NCBI GenBank assembly: GCA_001275005.1
Contig: JWZX01002501.1
Location: 1-33,547, forward strand
Length of the DNA: 33,547 nt
Reading direction: 5' to 3'
Origin: Chrysochromulina tobinii
Taxonomy: Eukaryota
Every line of letters begins with the position of its first letter. Position 1 is the stretch's first letter. The position numbers and the translations under genes were made by a program. This document shows positions 1 through 11,483 of the stretch, piece by piece. The notes under the pieces are model-generated. The model saw only the letters and a list, made by a program, of their open reading frames with translations. It was not told the origin of the DNA and made no database searches.

Positions 1-2
1 CG

Positions 3-653
3 CCGCCGTCCCCCCCTCCCCCGCCGCCGCCGCCGGATGCCATGGCCTACTTCGTGATCAGCTCCGGCACTTGCACCGTCGATCCGAACCAGAGAAACTG
101 CATTCGCTCACCCAACTTTCCGTCCGCGGATTATGGCAACAACGAGGTGTGCTCCATCACACCGACTGCGCTCGCCATCGGAGCGACACTGACAGCGACC
201 TCCTTTAGTACGGAGCCTAACTACGACAGGCTCCGCATACCTGACCCGTCGGGGTCGTATACGAGCTTCTCAGGAGCGAGCGGGCCTTCCAACTATCTGT
301 TGGGCCCGGACATGATCGAATGGTCTTCAGACTCCATAACTACCTCCTCTGGCTGGCGAGTGTGCTCGTCTCTGTACCGGCCGCCGCCATCGCCGCCGTC
401 TCTGTACCGGCCGCCGCCATCGCCGCCATCGCCACCACCTCCTGTCCCCGTCGTTGGGGCACTCGCGACCTCGGGCAAGGACGCGCAATGGAACAACATC
501 ATCATAGGCGGCGTCTCCGTCTGCGCCGTTCTCCTTCTCATGGCCGGCCTCACCGTGCTGGCGTGGAAACGCCGCCGGGGTAGAGATGATCGTCTCCTCG
601 CGGTGGGAACGACCATGTCCATCCCACTCCAGACTGCCGTCCATCTGCCATAA
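3..653 (+). CDS. 3' part (5'-truncated by window) of a single-pass membrane protein: Pro-rich linker, CUB-like domain, Pro-rich stalk, TM helix, short basic tail
   Basis: The frame is open upstream of the ATG at 42 (PPSPPPPPPPPDA-MAYF). CUB-like motifs: CIRSPNFPSADYGNNEVCSI, FSTEPNYDRLRI, WSSDSITTSSGWRVC. Hydrophobic IIIGGVSVCAVLLLMAGLTVLAW is followed by KRRR. Stop TAA at 651-653. Confidence 0.8.
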   Translation, partial: PPSPPPPPPPPDAMAYFVISSGTCTVDPNQRNCIRSPNFPSADYGNNEVCSITPTALAIGATLTATSFSTEPNYDRLRIPDPSGSYTSFSGASGPSNYLLGPDMIEWSSDSITTSSGWRVCSSLYRPPPSPPSLYRPPPSPPSPPPPVPVVGALATSGKDAQWNNIIIGGVSVCAVLLLMAGLTVLAWKRRRGRDDRLLAVGTTMSIPLQTAVHLP

Positions 654-926
654 GACAAGATGTGTGTGAGATGTGAGCCAGCGGCACACGCGGCGGCCGC
701 GCGCGTTCTGAACGCAGCTCGTATGGAAAGGGCGTGTCCACTTCATGTGCGATGTGGATGCTTGGGACGGGAGGGAGGGGGGCGCGGGCGGGCCCCGTCA
801 CAGCGACGACGCGGGCGCTGCGAGGGAGTGAGATCCCCAGTCCACCATCCGCACAGTCGGAGACGATCATGACGGTACTTTCCAAGATCTCAGGGGCCTA
901 CACTCATACAGAGTACTGGAAACGAA

Positions 927-1070
927 GCAAAAGTGTGCTGCATTGGTGACAGCTGCCCTGCCCCCGGAAAGTCGAAAGTGTGCAAAAGTGTGCTGCCCTG
1001 CCCCCGCAAAGTCGAAAGTGTGCAAAAGTGTGCTGCCCTACCCCTACCCTGCCCCCGGAAAGTCGAGTGT
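927..1070. repeat. 40-bp tandem repeat, about 3 copies, intergenic
   Basis: Unit GCTGCCCTGCCCCCG(G/C)AAAGTCGAAAGTGTGCAAAAGTGT starts at 952 and 992. A third, interrupted copy starts at 1032 and a partial copy GCAAAAGTGTGCTG starts at 927. Confidence 0.85.
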
Positions 1071-1202
1071 GTACGAGAAAGTGTACAGTGTAGCGTAAGG
1101 GGTACCAGTAAAGCGACTTGGAACCCATGTTGGAACCGCCCGCCCATGAGCCATGAGATCGAGACACCGAGATGTCTGACGAGGTGATGTGATCATCAGA
1201 CC

Positions 1203-4200
1203 TCACAGCCACCCCTCATCAGCAGCGATCGCCTCGAGGAGCATCATCGCCGCCCCGTCGGAAGCATTGCCCGGCGTCGAGAGCAGTTTCTGCGCCTTCT
1301 TCATCAGCACCGCCGGCACCGAGGCACTGCGGCTCATCCCCGTGCGGCTTGCTGCTGGCTGGCGCGATGCAGGGTGCATTGCGGTGGTGACGACACTTTC
1401 TCGCATGGCCTTGGGTCGCGGTAGCGGCAAGGGCGGCAGGTCCTCACTTGCCGCCGACGGCGGCGAGAGCGCGGGCAGCGCTCTACGTGGCTTGGGCAGC
1501 AAAATGGGCGCGGCCTTAGGCCCCCGAACTGACGGCGAGACCGCGGGCAGGATGGGCAGCAGGTAGGCGCCCTCGCTGAGCCCCTCAAGGCGGCCGTTGG
1601 CGGCGGCGGCGGCGTTCGAAGGCCAGGTATCGAGCGCCGTGCCGAGCGCATTCTCGGCCTCGGCGGCGTCAACGAGCGCCGCCTCATCCGTCTCCGCCAC
1701 GGGCAGGAACGCGCGCGGGCGTGGGCGCGAGGCTTCGGCGCGGTGCAGCGGCGACGGCCCTCCGAGCGGGTACGCGTTCGTGTACGGGCTGTGGAGTATG
1801 GCGGGGTCGGCCGCCATCGCCATCGCCCGCGTGCGCGAGGACAGTTGCGGCAGGTAGGCCGGGCTCTGGAGCTTGCCCGCGCCTCGGAGGGTCTTTTTAT
1901 AGATCGGGAGCATCTCGGTGTGCATCTCGTTGCTTTTATTGGCGCTCGGCTCGGAGTCCATCGGCTGCCAATGAGGAGCTCGGTACGGCGCAGGCGAGCA
2001 CTGCGACGAAGACGCGAAGGTCGATGGTTGTGCACCCATCGCGTGCGCTGCCCCGGGCGGCAGCTCCGATCCCGAGGCAAGCTCATCCGGCCAGCCCACC
2101 ACGGCCGCGGCAGCCGCTGCAGCGCGCCCCGAGAGGACTGGGCGTACCGCCGCCGCGCGTATCGAGCCGACCATCGCCCCGCGCGCGTCCTGCAGGGCCC
2201 TCTCGGCGTCCCACGCCTGCTTGGCCCGATGCCGATCCTGCTCCATGGCCGTCTGCCTCTCGTCACGGCGCACGGCGCGGTCCTCCGAGTCCATGTGGGA
2301 CAGTCGCACGAGGCGCTCCTGGCGGGCCGACCCGGCAAGGATCTCGCGCATCAAGCTCGCACGCTCGTCTTCGGCCACCATCGAAGTGCGTGCGCGCTCG
2401 AGCAGCTCGCGTGTCGCAGCGCGCGTCGTCGCCGACATGAACCGCATAGGCGATGGAGCGGCACGACCGAGGCTCTGCAGCGAAACGGACGAGCCGAGGC
2501 CGCGCGGGCTGCGCAGGCTGCCGTCGCCACCGACGACGTCCTCCGGGTACGCGGCGCCCACGGGCGCGAAAAAGTTGACGCTCGGGCCGCCCGCACGCGA
2601 GGCGGCTACGGCGGCGGCGCCGCGGCCGGCCCGGAAGGGATACGTGGCCGAGGTCGTGAGGCTGCCGCCAGATAGGCACGAGGTGAGGCGAAGGGCGCCG
2701 TCGTCGCCGCCCGCTGGCACGCGAGCGCCCACCATGCTCGACGATCTCGCATGGATCTCGGCGCGAGATTCATGGAGGTCGAAGCTGAGCATCACGCGGA
2801 CGCCGAGCTCGCTGGTCCCTGGGCGTCGGCCGCTGCCCGACGGCGTGCTGATCCGCATCCCCAGCGAGATAATCGCTTCGTTGAACGCCGCACGCTCGGC
2901 CGTGCTGTTATCCTCGACGGGCGGAGCAAACACGGGCAGTTTCTTGCCCCCCCGCGCGCCCTTGGTGCCGCCGCGGCCTGTCCCCGTGTGTCCACCCTTG
3001 CCGCCGCGGGCGGCCTCCTCCTGTGCCGCTGTTTTCGCGGCTGCCGCTTCCGCGGCGGCGATCTTCCGTAGCTTCTTCTTGAGCTCATGGTACTCGAGGT
3101 GACCCGAGCCGTCGACGTCGAACGTGTCGAAGAGCTCATCTACCGTGGAGGCGCTCAGATTGAGCCCAAGCTGTGGAATGACGCGACGAAACTCTTTCTT
3201 CGAGATCATCCCGTTGAGATTCTCATCGAGGGTGTGGAAGAGGTCGGTCACGCGTTCGAGGTTGGCGCGCAGCGCCTCCCGAAGCCTGTCGATCGCGCTC
3301 ATTTCGGCGCTCGCCGCCTCGGCCGCCTCCTTGGCTGCGAGCTTCTCTGCCTTTGCCTTGGCGGAGAGCGCATCGGCCTGGTCGCCCAACACGCTCGCCT
3401 CGCGCGCCTTCGCCTCCGCTTCCGCGCCTTTGCTCGCCGCCGCCGCGCCTGCGGCTGACGCCCGCTCGGCGGCCTGCTTAGCCTTGAGCTGCGCCTCTTC
3501 CTTTTTCGCGGCCGCCTCGGCCACACGCACCTTGGCCGCCTCGGCTCGCTCGAGATCTGACATCTGTGCTGCCACAAGCTCCGCCTCGGCCTCCCGAGAC
3601 TGTTTCTGGAGGCTCGCCTCTTCAGCCTGGCCCACCGTGGTCGCGAGGCTCTTGAGCGCCTCGTGCGCCTCGTGCGCAGCCGCCGCCACTGCCTCCGCCG
3701 CTTCCTTCGCAGCGCTCGCGCACCCTGCGGCTGCAGTGGGCGCGGTGGCCGTCGCTGCCGTCGCCTTCTCCGCCTCGTCCGCGGCGCTCGCCGCCGCGGC
3801 CGCCGCAAGTTGCGCCTTGGCTGCAGGCTGGCCCGTGGCCGCCAGCCGTGCCGCCCGCGCCTCGCTCGCCGCCTGCTCCGCCGCCATCTCCGCGAATCTC
3901 GCCGCGCTTTCCTTCGCTGCATTGCAAAGCTCCGCGGTGGCGATCGCCTTCTTCGACCCACTGTTGGCCGCGGCCGCCTCGTCGAGCACTATGGCGAGGC
4001 CCACACTCATCATCTGCCATGCCGCCTCAGCCTCCTCGGCCGCCTGCAGGACAGTGCTGCGCTTCGCTTTGGCCACTTTGATCGAAGCTTTGACACCGTT
4101 CATCGCCTCCGCCGCCGCCTTGTCAGCCTCCTTGCGCTTGCCGCCGATGATCATCTTGGCGGTCGCTTCGAGCTTGCGTTGGGCGCGCGCCTTGCTCGTC

Positions 4201-7200
4201 ACGATGTCCCATGCCTCAGGCCCCTTGGCCAGCAGAGCCGTCTTGAGAGCTTCGTGTACGGCCGCCGCCCCTTGGGCCACCTCATTTGCGCCCTTCTCAT
4301 CGGCGATCTTGGCTGCTTTCGTGGCCGCGACCGCGGCCGCGACCGCCTCCTCCGCCGCCTTGGCCGCCGCCATCGCCTGCCGCGTCGCCGCCACCATCGC
4401 CGCCGCTGCCGCCGCCGTCGCCGCATCCTCTGCCCCCTTGGCCGCCTTCGCGGCCGCCATATACCTCTCGGCGGTCTCTTCGGCAAAGTCGACGATCTGG
4501 TCCTCACGGTTGCGCGCCGCTTGCGCCTCATCAGCAACCCTTTGCATCTCGGCATTGAACATGGTGGTCTGTGCGGCCTTCTTGGTACGCTTGCGCGCCT
4601 CAGCGCGACGTCTCTGCTTGTCCTCCGCCACCTTGTCGGCAAACACCTTGAGCTCGACCGCGCGAACGAAACTCTGCGCACCAGATGAGATCTCGACCTC
4701 GCGCGCGTGCCGCCGCGCATCGGCCGACGCTGCGGCCGCCTCCGCCTGCGCCATCGTCGCGCGCCGCGCCGCACCCTCCGCGAGCAGTCTCGAGAATTCG
4801 ATGGCCCCCGCGACGCCGCGCGCGCGCGCCTCTCGAGAAGCTTCGATGGCTCCGGACCACGCCGCGCTCGCTCCATCATCCCTCGACAGCACATACGGGC
4901 TGATGGCAGCACGCATGACGGCGCGGGCGAGATTCATCGGACTCTCGAATGACGCGGGTGCCGCCTCGGCCATCATCGTAGCGGCCATCTCGGCTGCGCT
5001 AGTGGCCTCTGCCACGCACCTCTGCGCCTCGCGTTCCGATGCGGTTGCATGCGCCGCCGCGGCGGTTGTGTCGGCGACGGCGGGGGCGGCGATCGACCAA
5101 ACCTCGCCCATGACACTCGCCTCGTCCGCAACTGCACGTGCCTCATCGGCCATCCTCGACGCCGCCGCTGACGCCGCCACCGCTTCCTCGACCGCCGCGC
5201 GCGCCGCAGTCACACGTTTGACCTCCTCGACTATTAACTTCGTCACCACCTCACGCCCCACCTTGGTGGCCTCCTCGACTCCGGCCCGCGCCGTCCTCGC
5301 CACCTCCACCTGTGCCTCTGCCAGAATTGCGCCCAACTCGGCCCCGTGCAGGTCATCTCGAAGCGCCGCCGCCTCTACTGCCTTGACAGCCGCCTCGGCC
5401 GTTGCGGTCGCCGTCCTCGCCGCCGCAAGTGAATCCGATGCCACTTTGAGAGCCGCCACTGCGGGCGCCGACCCGGCGGCGTCCACCGCACGAAACTGAG
5501 CCTCGGCTACCGCGTCGACGGCGGCCTTATAGGCCTCGGAAGCCTGGCTCGTCTCGGCCTCCGCCTCTTGCGCACCGTTCTTGGCGCGCTCTCCGAACCT
5601 CGAACCCTCGAGGACGCGCGCGACCACCGTGGCGATGCACGTGGTTGCACGCGCCTCGCATGCCGCCTCGATGGCCGCCGCCACGTGCTCCGCGGCCGTC
5701 GCCGCCAGCGTGTCCACCTCCGCCGCCAACGCCGCCGCCGCCTCGGCCACCTGCCGCACCGCTTGGGACGCTTCGGCGGCGGCCTCGGCGGCGGCTTTGG
5801 TCATGGCCGCACGCAGCCGCTTGGAGTTGGTGGCCTTGGCTTCATCCGCGGACACCTTCTTGGCCGCATTGGCCGCAAGCGCCAGATCCACCGCGCGCTG
5901 CGCCTCCGCAACCGTCTTCTTGCCCACGGCCGCGGCGGCGGTCGCGACTTGATCCGCCCTTGCGGCGGCCGCACTTGCGCGCGCTGCCGCTTCCTCCGCC
6001 TCCGGCACCGTCGCCACCTCGGCCGCCTCCGCCGCCGCCTCGGCAGCCCGCAGAGCATGTGCGGCGGCGACCCCCACGCCCCTGGCCGCTTGCTCCACTG
6101 CCCGGGCAGCCTCAGCCTCCGAGCGCGCTTGCGCCGCCTCGTCCTTTGCCTTCGATGCCTCGGAACGCTTCGTGGCCGCCTCCTCGCCAGCCGTCTGCAT
6201 CTTCCCTGAAAACTTGGCCGCCTGCTTGAGCATCAGCATGCGCTGCCGCGCGATGGCGCGATTCCGCGCCTTCTCGGCCGCCTCAAAGGCCTTGCGCGCC
6301 TTTTCGAGCACGTTGGCGATGACCGTGTCCATGAGTGCATGCACCTTCGCCCCCCTCATCTTGTCGCTCTTGAGCTGCTCATAACGGCGTGTCCAGCGCA
6401 CGCGTAGCACGTGGGCTCGCCACGACATCTGAATCTTCTTGCACAGCTGCAAGCGGCGCGCCTTCAGCCCGTGCACCCTTCGGAATGCGAGCACACCGCG
6501 CCGGTGCTTCTGCGCCAGTACGCTCGCGCGCACGAGCTGCCGGTGCGCCGCTGCTGCTGCCGCCGCTGCTGCTGCTGCCGCCGCCGCTGCTGCCGCTGCT
6601 GCTGCCGCTGCTGCCGCTGCTGCTGCCGCAGCCGCCCTCCGCTGACGAACCTCGCGGCGCGCGATCACGGCGCGCCGGTGCTTCTGCGCCACCACGCTCG
6701 CCAACACGAGTCGGCGGCGCTGCTCGACGAGGAAGCGCTTGCACTTGCGCCACCGGAAGAACGCCTGCAGCTTACGCGCCATCCGAGCCTTGAGAAAATC
6801 TTCGGCGGCCTTCTCAGCGATCGCCATTTGCACCAGGCCAGAGACCATCCCCGCCGTCAGTTCGTCGATCTTGCGCATGTAGATCCTATGTCGCGTCTTT
6901 CGCAGCTGCCGCTGCAGCTTCAAGGTGCTCTGGATCGCAAAGTTGCCGTGCTTACGCCGAATCTCCGCTGCGATGGCCTCTTGCGCCACGTCCGCCGTCG
7001 CCACGCTTGCCTCCTTGGCCTTGTCTGCGGCGCGGGCCGCCTCCACCGCCGCAATGCCCGCCTCCGCGGCCGCGTCGGCAGAGGAGCGCATCGCCGCGTC
7101 AGCAGCCGCTTCCGCGCTCGCCGCCGCAGCGAGGTTGCTCATCACCTGCCGTGCCACGGCCTGCCGGACTTCGGTGTTCACCGAGGAGGCCTTGGGCGCC

Positions 7201-9370
7201 TTGAGCGCCGCCCGTGCCGCCTCGGCCCTCGCCACGGCTGCCGCGAGATGCGCAACTTCGGCTCGCTTGCTGGACTCCAGTGTCCGCTGCGCATCGGCCT
7301 CGGTCGCCGCGGCCGCCTCCGCCGCTTGTGTCGCTTGCTTCTGCGCCACCGCAGCGAGCAGCTTACAGACCGGAACATCCTTCTTGACCGAGGCCTTGCA
7401 TGCCTCTTCGTACGCCTTCGTCGCCTCCGACTCGATGGACAAGCAGTTGGCCGCATTGTCCATCGAGTCGCCGAGCGCCTCGAGGCAAGCGAGGTCGGCC
7501 GCCTTGGCCTCCGAACAGCGGGCGATGGCCGTCGTGCTAGCCTCGGCCACCTGCGTAACCGCGGCTGCGCGCTCGGCGACGAGCAGCTTGCATCGTTTGG
7601 CCGCGCGTGAGCGTCGGAAGACAGACTGGATGTGGCGAGCCGCACTCTGCCGGCGCCGCTCCGTTCGCGCGAACATTCCCCGCGCGCACCGCTGTATATA
7701 AATGGCCGCGCGGCGCAGCTTCTCTGCATACAGCCGGTGCCGCTCCTTGCGTGCGAGCATGCCGCGCCCGACCCGTTGTATGTACGTCGCCGACACACGC
7801 TCGAGCTCTCGCCGATCCGCTTCGCGCTTCAGCTTCGCTCGATGCAGTCGGTGTCGCTCCTTGCGTGCGACCATGCCGCGCCCGACCCGCTGCATGTACG
7901 TCACCGCCGAGTGCAGCTCGGCCACGATTGCCGCCTCGATCCGACGCCGCACCAGCTCCTCCTTTGCCAGCCGACGCCGCCGGCTGGCTTGCAGACGGAC
8001 GATGGCGCGCATGACGACGATCGCCTGTGCGACCGAGGCAGGGGGGCGTAGGAGTGAGGGGAGGTGTGCGACCGAGGCAGGGGGGCGTAGGAGTGAGGGG
8101 AGGTGTGCGACCGAGGCAGGGGGGCGTAGGAGTGAGGGGAGGTGTGCGAGGAGCATACGCATGAGTCCGTCGGGGAAGAGGAGGAGGGGAAGAGGAGGAG
8201 GAGGGAGAGGGAAGGCGTAGGATCAAGGCAGGGATCGCGGGAGATCGTGGGAGATGTGGGGCAGCCTGAAACGGGGAGCACGCGGCGGTTCGCGGCGGTT
8301 AGCGGCAGTTCGCCCCATCACCTTGTCGACGGCCGAACCAGACTCGAACATGTTGTGGAGGCACGCAATCGCCGCCTCGACGATCACGGGCACGTCGCAG
8401 TTACTCAACTCTCTGAGGCGCTCGATGCCGCCCTGGGCCTGCAAGACCGTCACCATCTGTGGACGAGAGGAGAGGGAGGGGGAGTTGGGGAGATGGAGGT
8501 GGAGATTCGCAGGCATGGACGGGGTGTGAGGGTCGAGGGAGGCCGAGCACGCTGCGGTCGCATGCCCTCGCCCTCGTGTGGGGTGGGATTGCGCCATGGA
8601 GACGCATGCGCTAAAGGGGAGTGAGCTGCATGTTTGGCGGGAGGGACGCGGCCGCTCACGAAAATGTCGTCACAGGTGTTCTGGACGGTGCCGCTTGCGT
8701 ATGCCACGGTGAGGGCGACCTGGGAGAAGAGGCGATCGGCGACCAATTCGAAGCCGTTGCACAGCTTGATGCGCAGCTTCGTTTCATCCGCATACATGTC
8801 CACCTCGACCGTCGTGTAGTTGGCGAGCAGCATGAGCGCCGTCTGATGCATCATGGGTTCGTCATGTGCGACGCATGCGCACACGCACTCGATGAGGCCC
8901 CTGTCGCGCGAGAGCTTGCAGAGCGCGACCATGGCGGCGCCCTCGGCCGTCACGTCGAGCAGCCTGGCAAGTATGATCAGCGCCTCCGAGCGCCGACGGA
9001 TGTCCTCCTCCGACGATGACGGATGCCCCGAGCTGCCTGGCTTGAGTGCTTCACAGATCGCGTCGAGGTCATCGGGCGTGGGAATCTTGCCATCTGGAAT
9101 GATAGGGCCAGGCGCTACGGTTACGTCCACCACGGGCGCCGCCGTGTCAGACCCTGCCACCCCCGGTGGTGCCGCCCGCGCTTGCGCATCCTCCTCGTGG
9201 AGGCTGCTGGGCGGCAGACCTTTGCTTCGCAGCGAACTTGACGGTGTTGCAAGGCGCATGCGCTTCGCGTTGACCTTGACACGTGACGCGCGGCCGCGCT
9301 GAACCCTCTGCAAGGTAATCGCGGCGGATCCCTCCGCGCCGAGTTTGGCCACGGCCTCCACGTCTGCCAT
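1203..9370 (-). CDS. Giant calmodulin-binding/Ca2+-binding protein, ~2555 aa: IQ + ARM-like N-terminus, about 10 IQ-like motifs, Ala-rich coiled coil, EF-hand pair. Predicted exons 9370-8660, 8456-8322, 8024-1203
   Basis: Three ORF-track frames join at phase-0 GT..AG boundaries: DDIF|GTGAGC...CCACAG|MVTV and VDK|GTGATG...GCACAG|AIVV. IQ-like motifs include ITLQRVQRGRASR, TYIQRVGRGMLARK, IYIQRCARGMFART and RKLQAFFRWRK. EF-hands DENLNGMISKKE and DVDGSGHLEYHE lie at ~3080-3250. ARM-like VLQAQGGIERLRELSNCDVPVIVEAAIACLHNM. Confidence 0.8.
6546..6635 (-). repeat. GCN trinucleotide tract encoding 30 consecutive alanines
   Basis: 90 bp of GCA/GCG/GCT codons between two IQ-like motifs (..QRR-A30-HRQLV..). 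Confidence 0.9.
8025..8321 (-). other. Spliceosomal intron (297 bp) containing a 39-bp tandem repeat
   Basis: GTGATG donor after AAG, pyrimidine-rich body on the - strand, GCACAG acceptor; removal joins flanking exons in frame. Confidence 0.75.
8027..8148. repeat. 39-bp tandem repeat x3 (intronic minisatellite)
   Basis: GTGCGACCGAGGCAGGGGGGCGTAGGAGTGAGGGGAGGT, period 39 (GACCGAGG at 8031, 8070, 8109). Confidence 0.92.
8457..8659 (-). other. Spliceosomal intron (203 bp)
   Basis: GTGAGC donor, polypyrimidine tract CTCCCCCTCCCTCTCCTCTCGTCCACAG acceptor, phase 0 on both sides. Confidence 0.78.
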
Positions 9371-10159
9371 CGTCTCTTCGACAACCCGACGGTCACGAAT
9401 GAAACTGAACAGAAGCGCAAGATGAATGTGCGTTTCGTACAAGGTGCATGCAAGCAATCAAACAAGCAATTTGCTAGCTTGCTTTTGCATGCAATCAATA
9501 CATGTAGTGGTGGGGGGAATAAGTCCGACCACAGCCTCGGTAGCGGAGGTGGCGATGGAAACGGCGAACTACACGAAGGACCGCTCAGGTTATACTTCTC
9601 GCCCATCTGGGGCCAGTTTCAGCATACGTCGCCCACTCACCACATTCTATACCTTGGTTTGCCTTACACGCACCACCTGTCACTTCCATTGCCCGAGAGT
9701 GAAGACGGCCACGGCGGCGGCAAACTTACCCTCGACACAGCGAGGGCGGTGAGGAGCGGGGGGGCGTGGCACGGCCGTGGGGGATTCCCCGGTCCGTCGT
9801 GAGGTCATTTGGCCTACATGTAATCCAACTACAGTTACGAATGCTCAAGTTGGACGAGGCGGGGCGCCCGTCAGGGCGCGACCCAGCAGCTCAATGATGA
9901 ACCAAACCATTTTTGGCTGCCTCCTCCAAGGCTTTGAAAATGGCTTGAATCTTCAATCCCGTGAGAGTAGCCGGATGGAACAGCGACTCCTATGGCGAGA
10001 GCAACCTCAACACGCGCACGTTTGGCGAGGCTGCAGGACGCGCGCAACAACTGAGTGCAACTGGTGCGGCACGACGAACATCGTGACGTCTACGTTCCGT
10101 CCCGTCTCCGTTCCCGTCCCCGTCGCCGCCGAGAGCGCCGCGGTGCTCGCGTTACCACT

Positions 10160-10546
10160 TCAGCGCTTATCTTGTTGCTGCCTGCATTTGACACACGCCC
10201 TTGACTCGTGCGTGCATGTTGCGGTGCCGAACGGGCACGTCGGCCACTTCGGTTTCTTAACCCACTCACCGAGAAGTGGCTGGCATCTTGCACATGCCTG
10301 CAATTTACCATTGCAGGTTACCATCATGAAAGGACAAGTATAGTGGGTGGAGATTTGCTTGCCACCTAGGCCAAGAAAGTTTTTTGCCCGCTGCTTTGCA
10401 GTGTACGTGGCGTTGGCCTCTATCCCCGCCTGTCGTAGGGCAGGGGTAATAGTCTGTCTTACCCCGTTCTTTTTCACGATGACTTTGAAGATATCCGTCT
10501 CGTGTTTGTAGATCTCATCAGCCGATTCATCGCCTGGCTCGGTGTT
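10160..10546 (-). CDS. Cys-rich putative zinc-binding ORF, possibly the C-terminal part of the BRCT gene
   Basis: The open frame starts right after a TAG ending at 10547 (NTEPGDESADEIYKHETDIFKVIVKKNG...). Cys pattern CPF..C..CARC..CPFGTATCTHESRACVKC. Same - strand frame as the BRCT ORF (offset 612 nt). Confidence 0.4.
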   Translation of the reverse strand, partial: NTEPGDESADEIYKHETDIFKVIVKKNGVRQTITPALRQAGIEANATYTAKQRAKNFLGLGGKQISTHYTCPFMMVTCNGKLQACARCQPLLGEWVKKPKWPTCPFGTATCTHESRACVKCRQQQDKR

Positions 10547-10550
10547 CTAG

Positions 10551-10809
10551 GCGCACGACCCTCGTCGACCGTGAAGGACAAGCTGCTCGCGCTCGACGAG
10601 CTGCTCGACGCTCTCAGTGGACTCGACTTCTACGAGGACAAGAAGCTCTTTGCCGAGCTGAAAGCGGGGCTACACACCTTGCGCATGCCATGCTCGACTT
10701 CTTCGTGAAGGTCGTCGGTGTGCGCAGCACGGTCGCCATGGGCGTGCCGAGCTACGTGGCGTGGCGCGGCTGCATCGAGCGCTGGGCGAAGGAGCGGGGC
10801 GAGCGCTGA
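10551..10809 (+). pseudogene. GC-rich, frameshifted coding fragment of unknown origin (possibly TE-derived)
   Basis: Strong GC3 codon bias in STVKDKLLALDELLDALSGLDFYEDKKLFAELKAGLH. After a frame change near 10680 it reads AHAMLDFFVKVVGVRSTVAMGVPSYVAWRGCIERWAKERGER-stop. No start codon; composition contrasts with the flanks. Confidence 0.4.
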
Positions 10810-11089
10810 ATGCATCACGAGCCTTTTTCAGCGCACCTCGTGCATCAGCACCAACGGAACGGAGGAATTCAAAATTGGTAAGCGTTTCTATACCCCATTG
10901 TTGAGCCTTGCTGAGCTCAACTGGCCCGGGGCTCGTACCGATCACGAGGTATTGGATGTTCTTCGAGACATCACCGACGCACCTCCCACCTTTTGCAATG
11001 ACTAGTGTCTCAGCATCAGCTCTCACGAACTCGTTGAACCGCCCGCTGAAGCAGACGGTTTTGTTCTTGAACATGCCGACGGTGTCCAT
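10670..11089 (-). CDS. BRCT domain protein, LigA/RFC1-type BRCT; the domain spans ~11075-10850 and the 3' end of the ORF is probably read-through into an insertion
   Basis: FKNKTVCFSGRFNEFVRADAETLVIAKGGRCVGDVSKNIQYLVIGTSPGPVELSKAQQWGIETLTNFEFLRSV matches the BRCT pattern of NAD-dependent ligase/RFC1 (GKTxVxTG..R.xA..LI..GG.V..xVSKxTxYLVxG..xG.xKLxKAxxLGI). Confidence 0.75.
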   Translation of the reverse strand: MDTVGMFKNKTVCFSGRFNEFVRADAETLVIAKGGRCVGDVSKNIQYLVIGTSPGPVELSKAQQWGIETLTNFEFLRSVGADARGALKKARDAFSARPAPSPSARCSRATPRSSARPWRPCCAHRRPSRRSRAWHAQGV

Positions 11090-11483
11090 TCGAGAATCAC
11101 CTTTTATGGAAGAGCTCGGATCTCATGGCGGCAACGGCCGATCGGCGGCCGCGCTTTGCACACTGCTGATGGAGCCGCATCGGCCCGCGCCGCCGCTGCC
11201 CCCGCAGCCGCTGCTCCCGTCCCAACCTCCGGCGCCACCGCCGCCAAATCCTGGCTGGCAGCTCTTGTCAGTGTACCATGCGGCCGTGATCGACATTCCT
11301 TACGACGCGTTGTGCTACCAGCTCGGCCGTAAGCAGCTTGCTGAGGCTGCGGTGTCGTGTGCCTTGCGGTGCGCCGTGCGCGGCGGTGTGCCATGCGGTG
11401 TCGTGTGGTGGGAGCTCTCGTCTCGATTCGCAGATGTGCGGTGTCGTGTGCATGCTGTTTTGGTTGCAGCTGATGAGCGCGTG

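Noticed and set aside
3124..7701. Long + strand ORFs (e.g. 3124-5499, 791 aa)
   Set aside because: Antisense shadows of the GC-rich, Ala-rich - strand gene; no domain signal
8025..8162. ATG 8162 as the start of the 2319-aa ORF
   Set aside because: The N-terminal repeat lies in a pyrimidine-rich intron, and upstream exons splice in frame
9499..9822. TACATGTA at 9499 and 9815 as an 8-bp target-site duplication
   Set aside because: No terminal inverted repeats inside, and the palindromic 8-mer could recur by chance
10850..11089. Calling the BRCT ORF a DNA ligase or RFC1 gene
   Set aside because: No adenylation, OB-fold or AAA+ domain nearby, and an in-frame stop lies 12 codons upstream of the ATG
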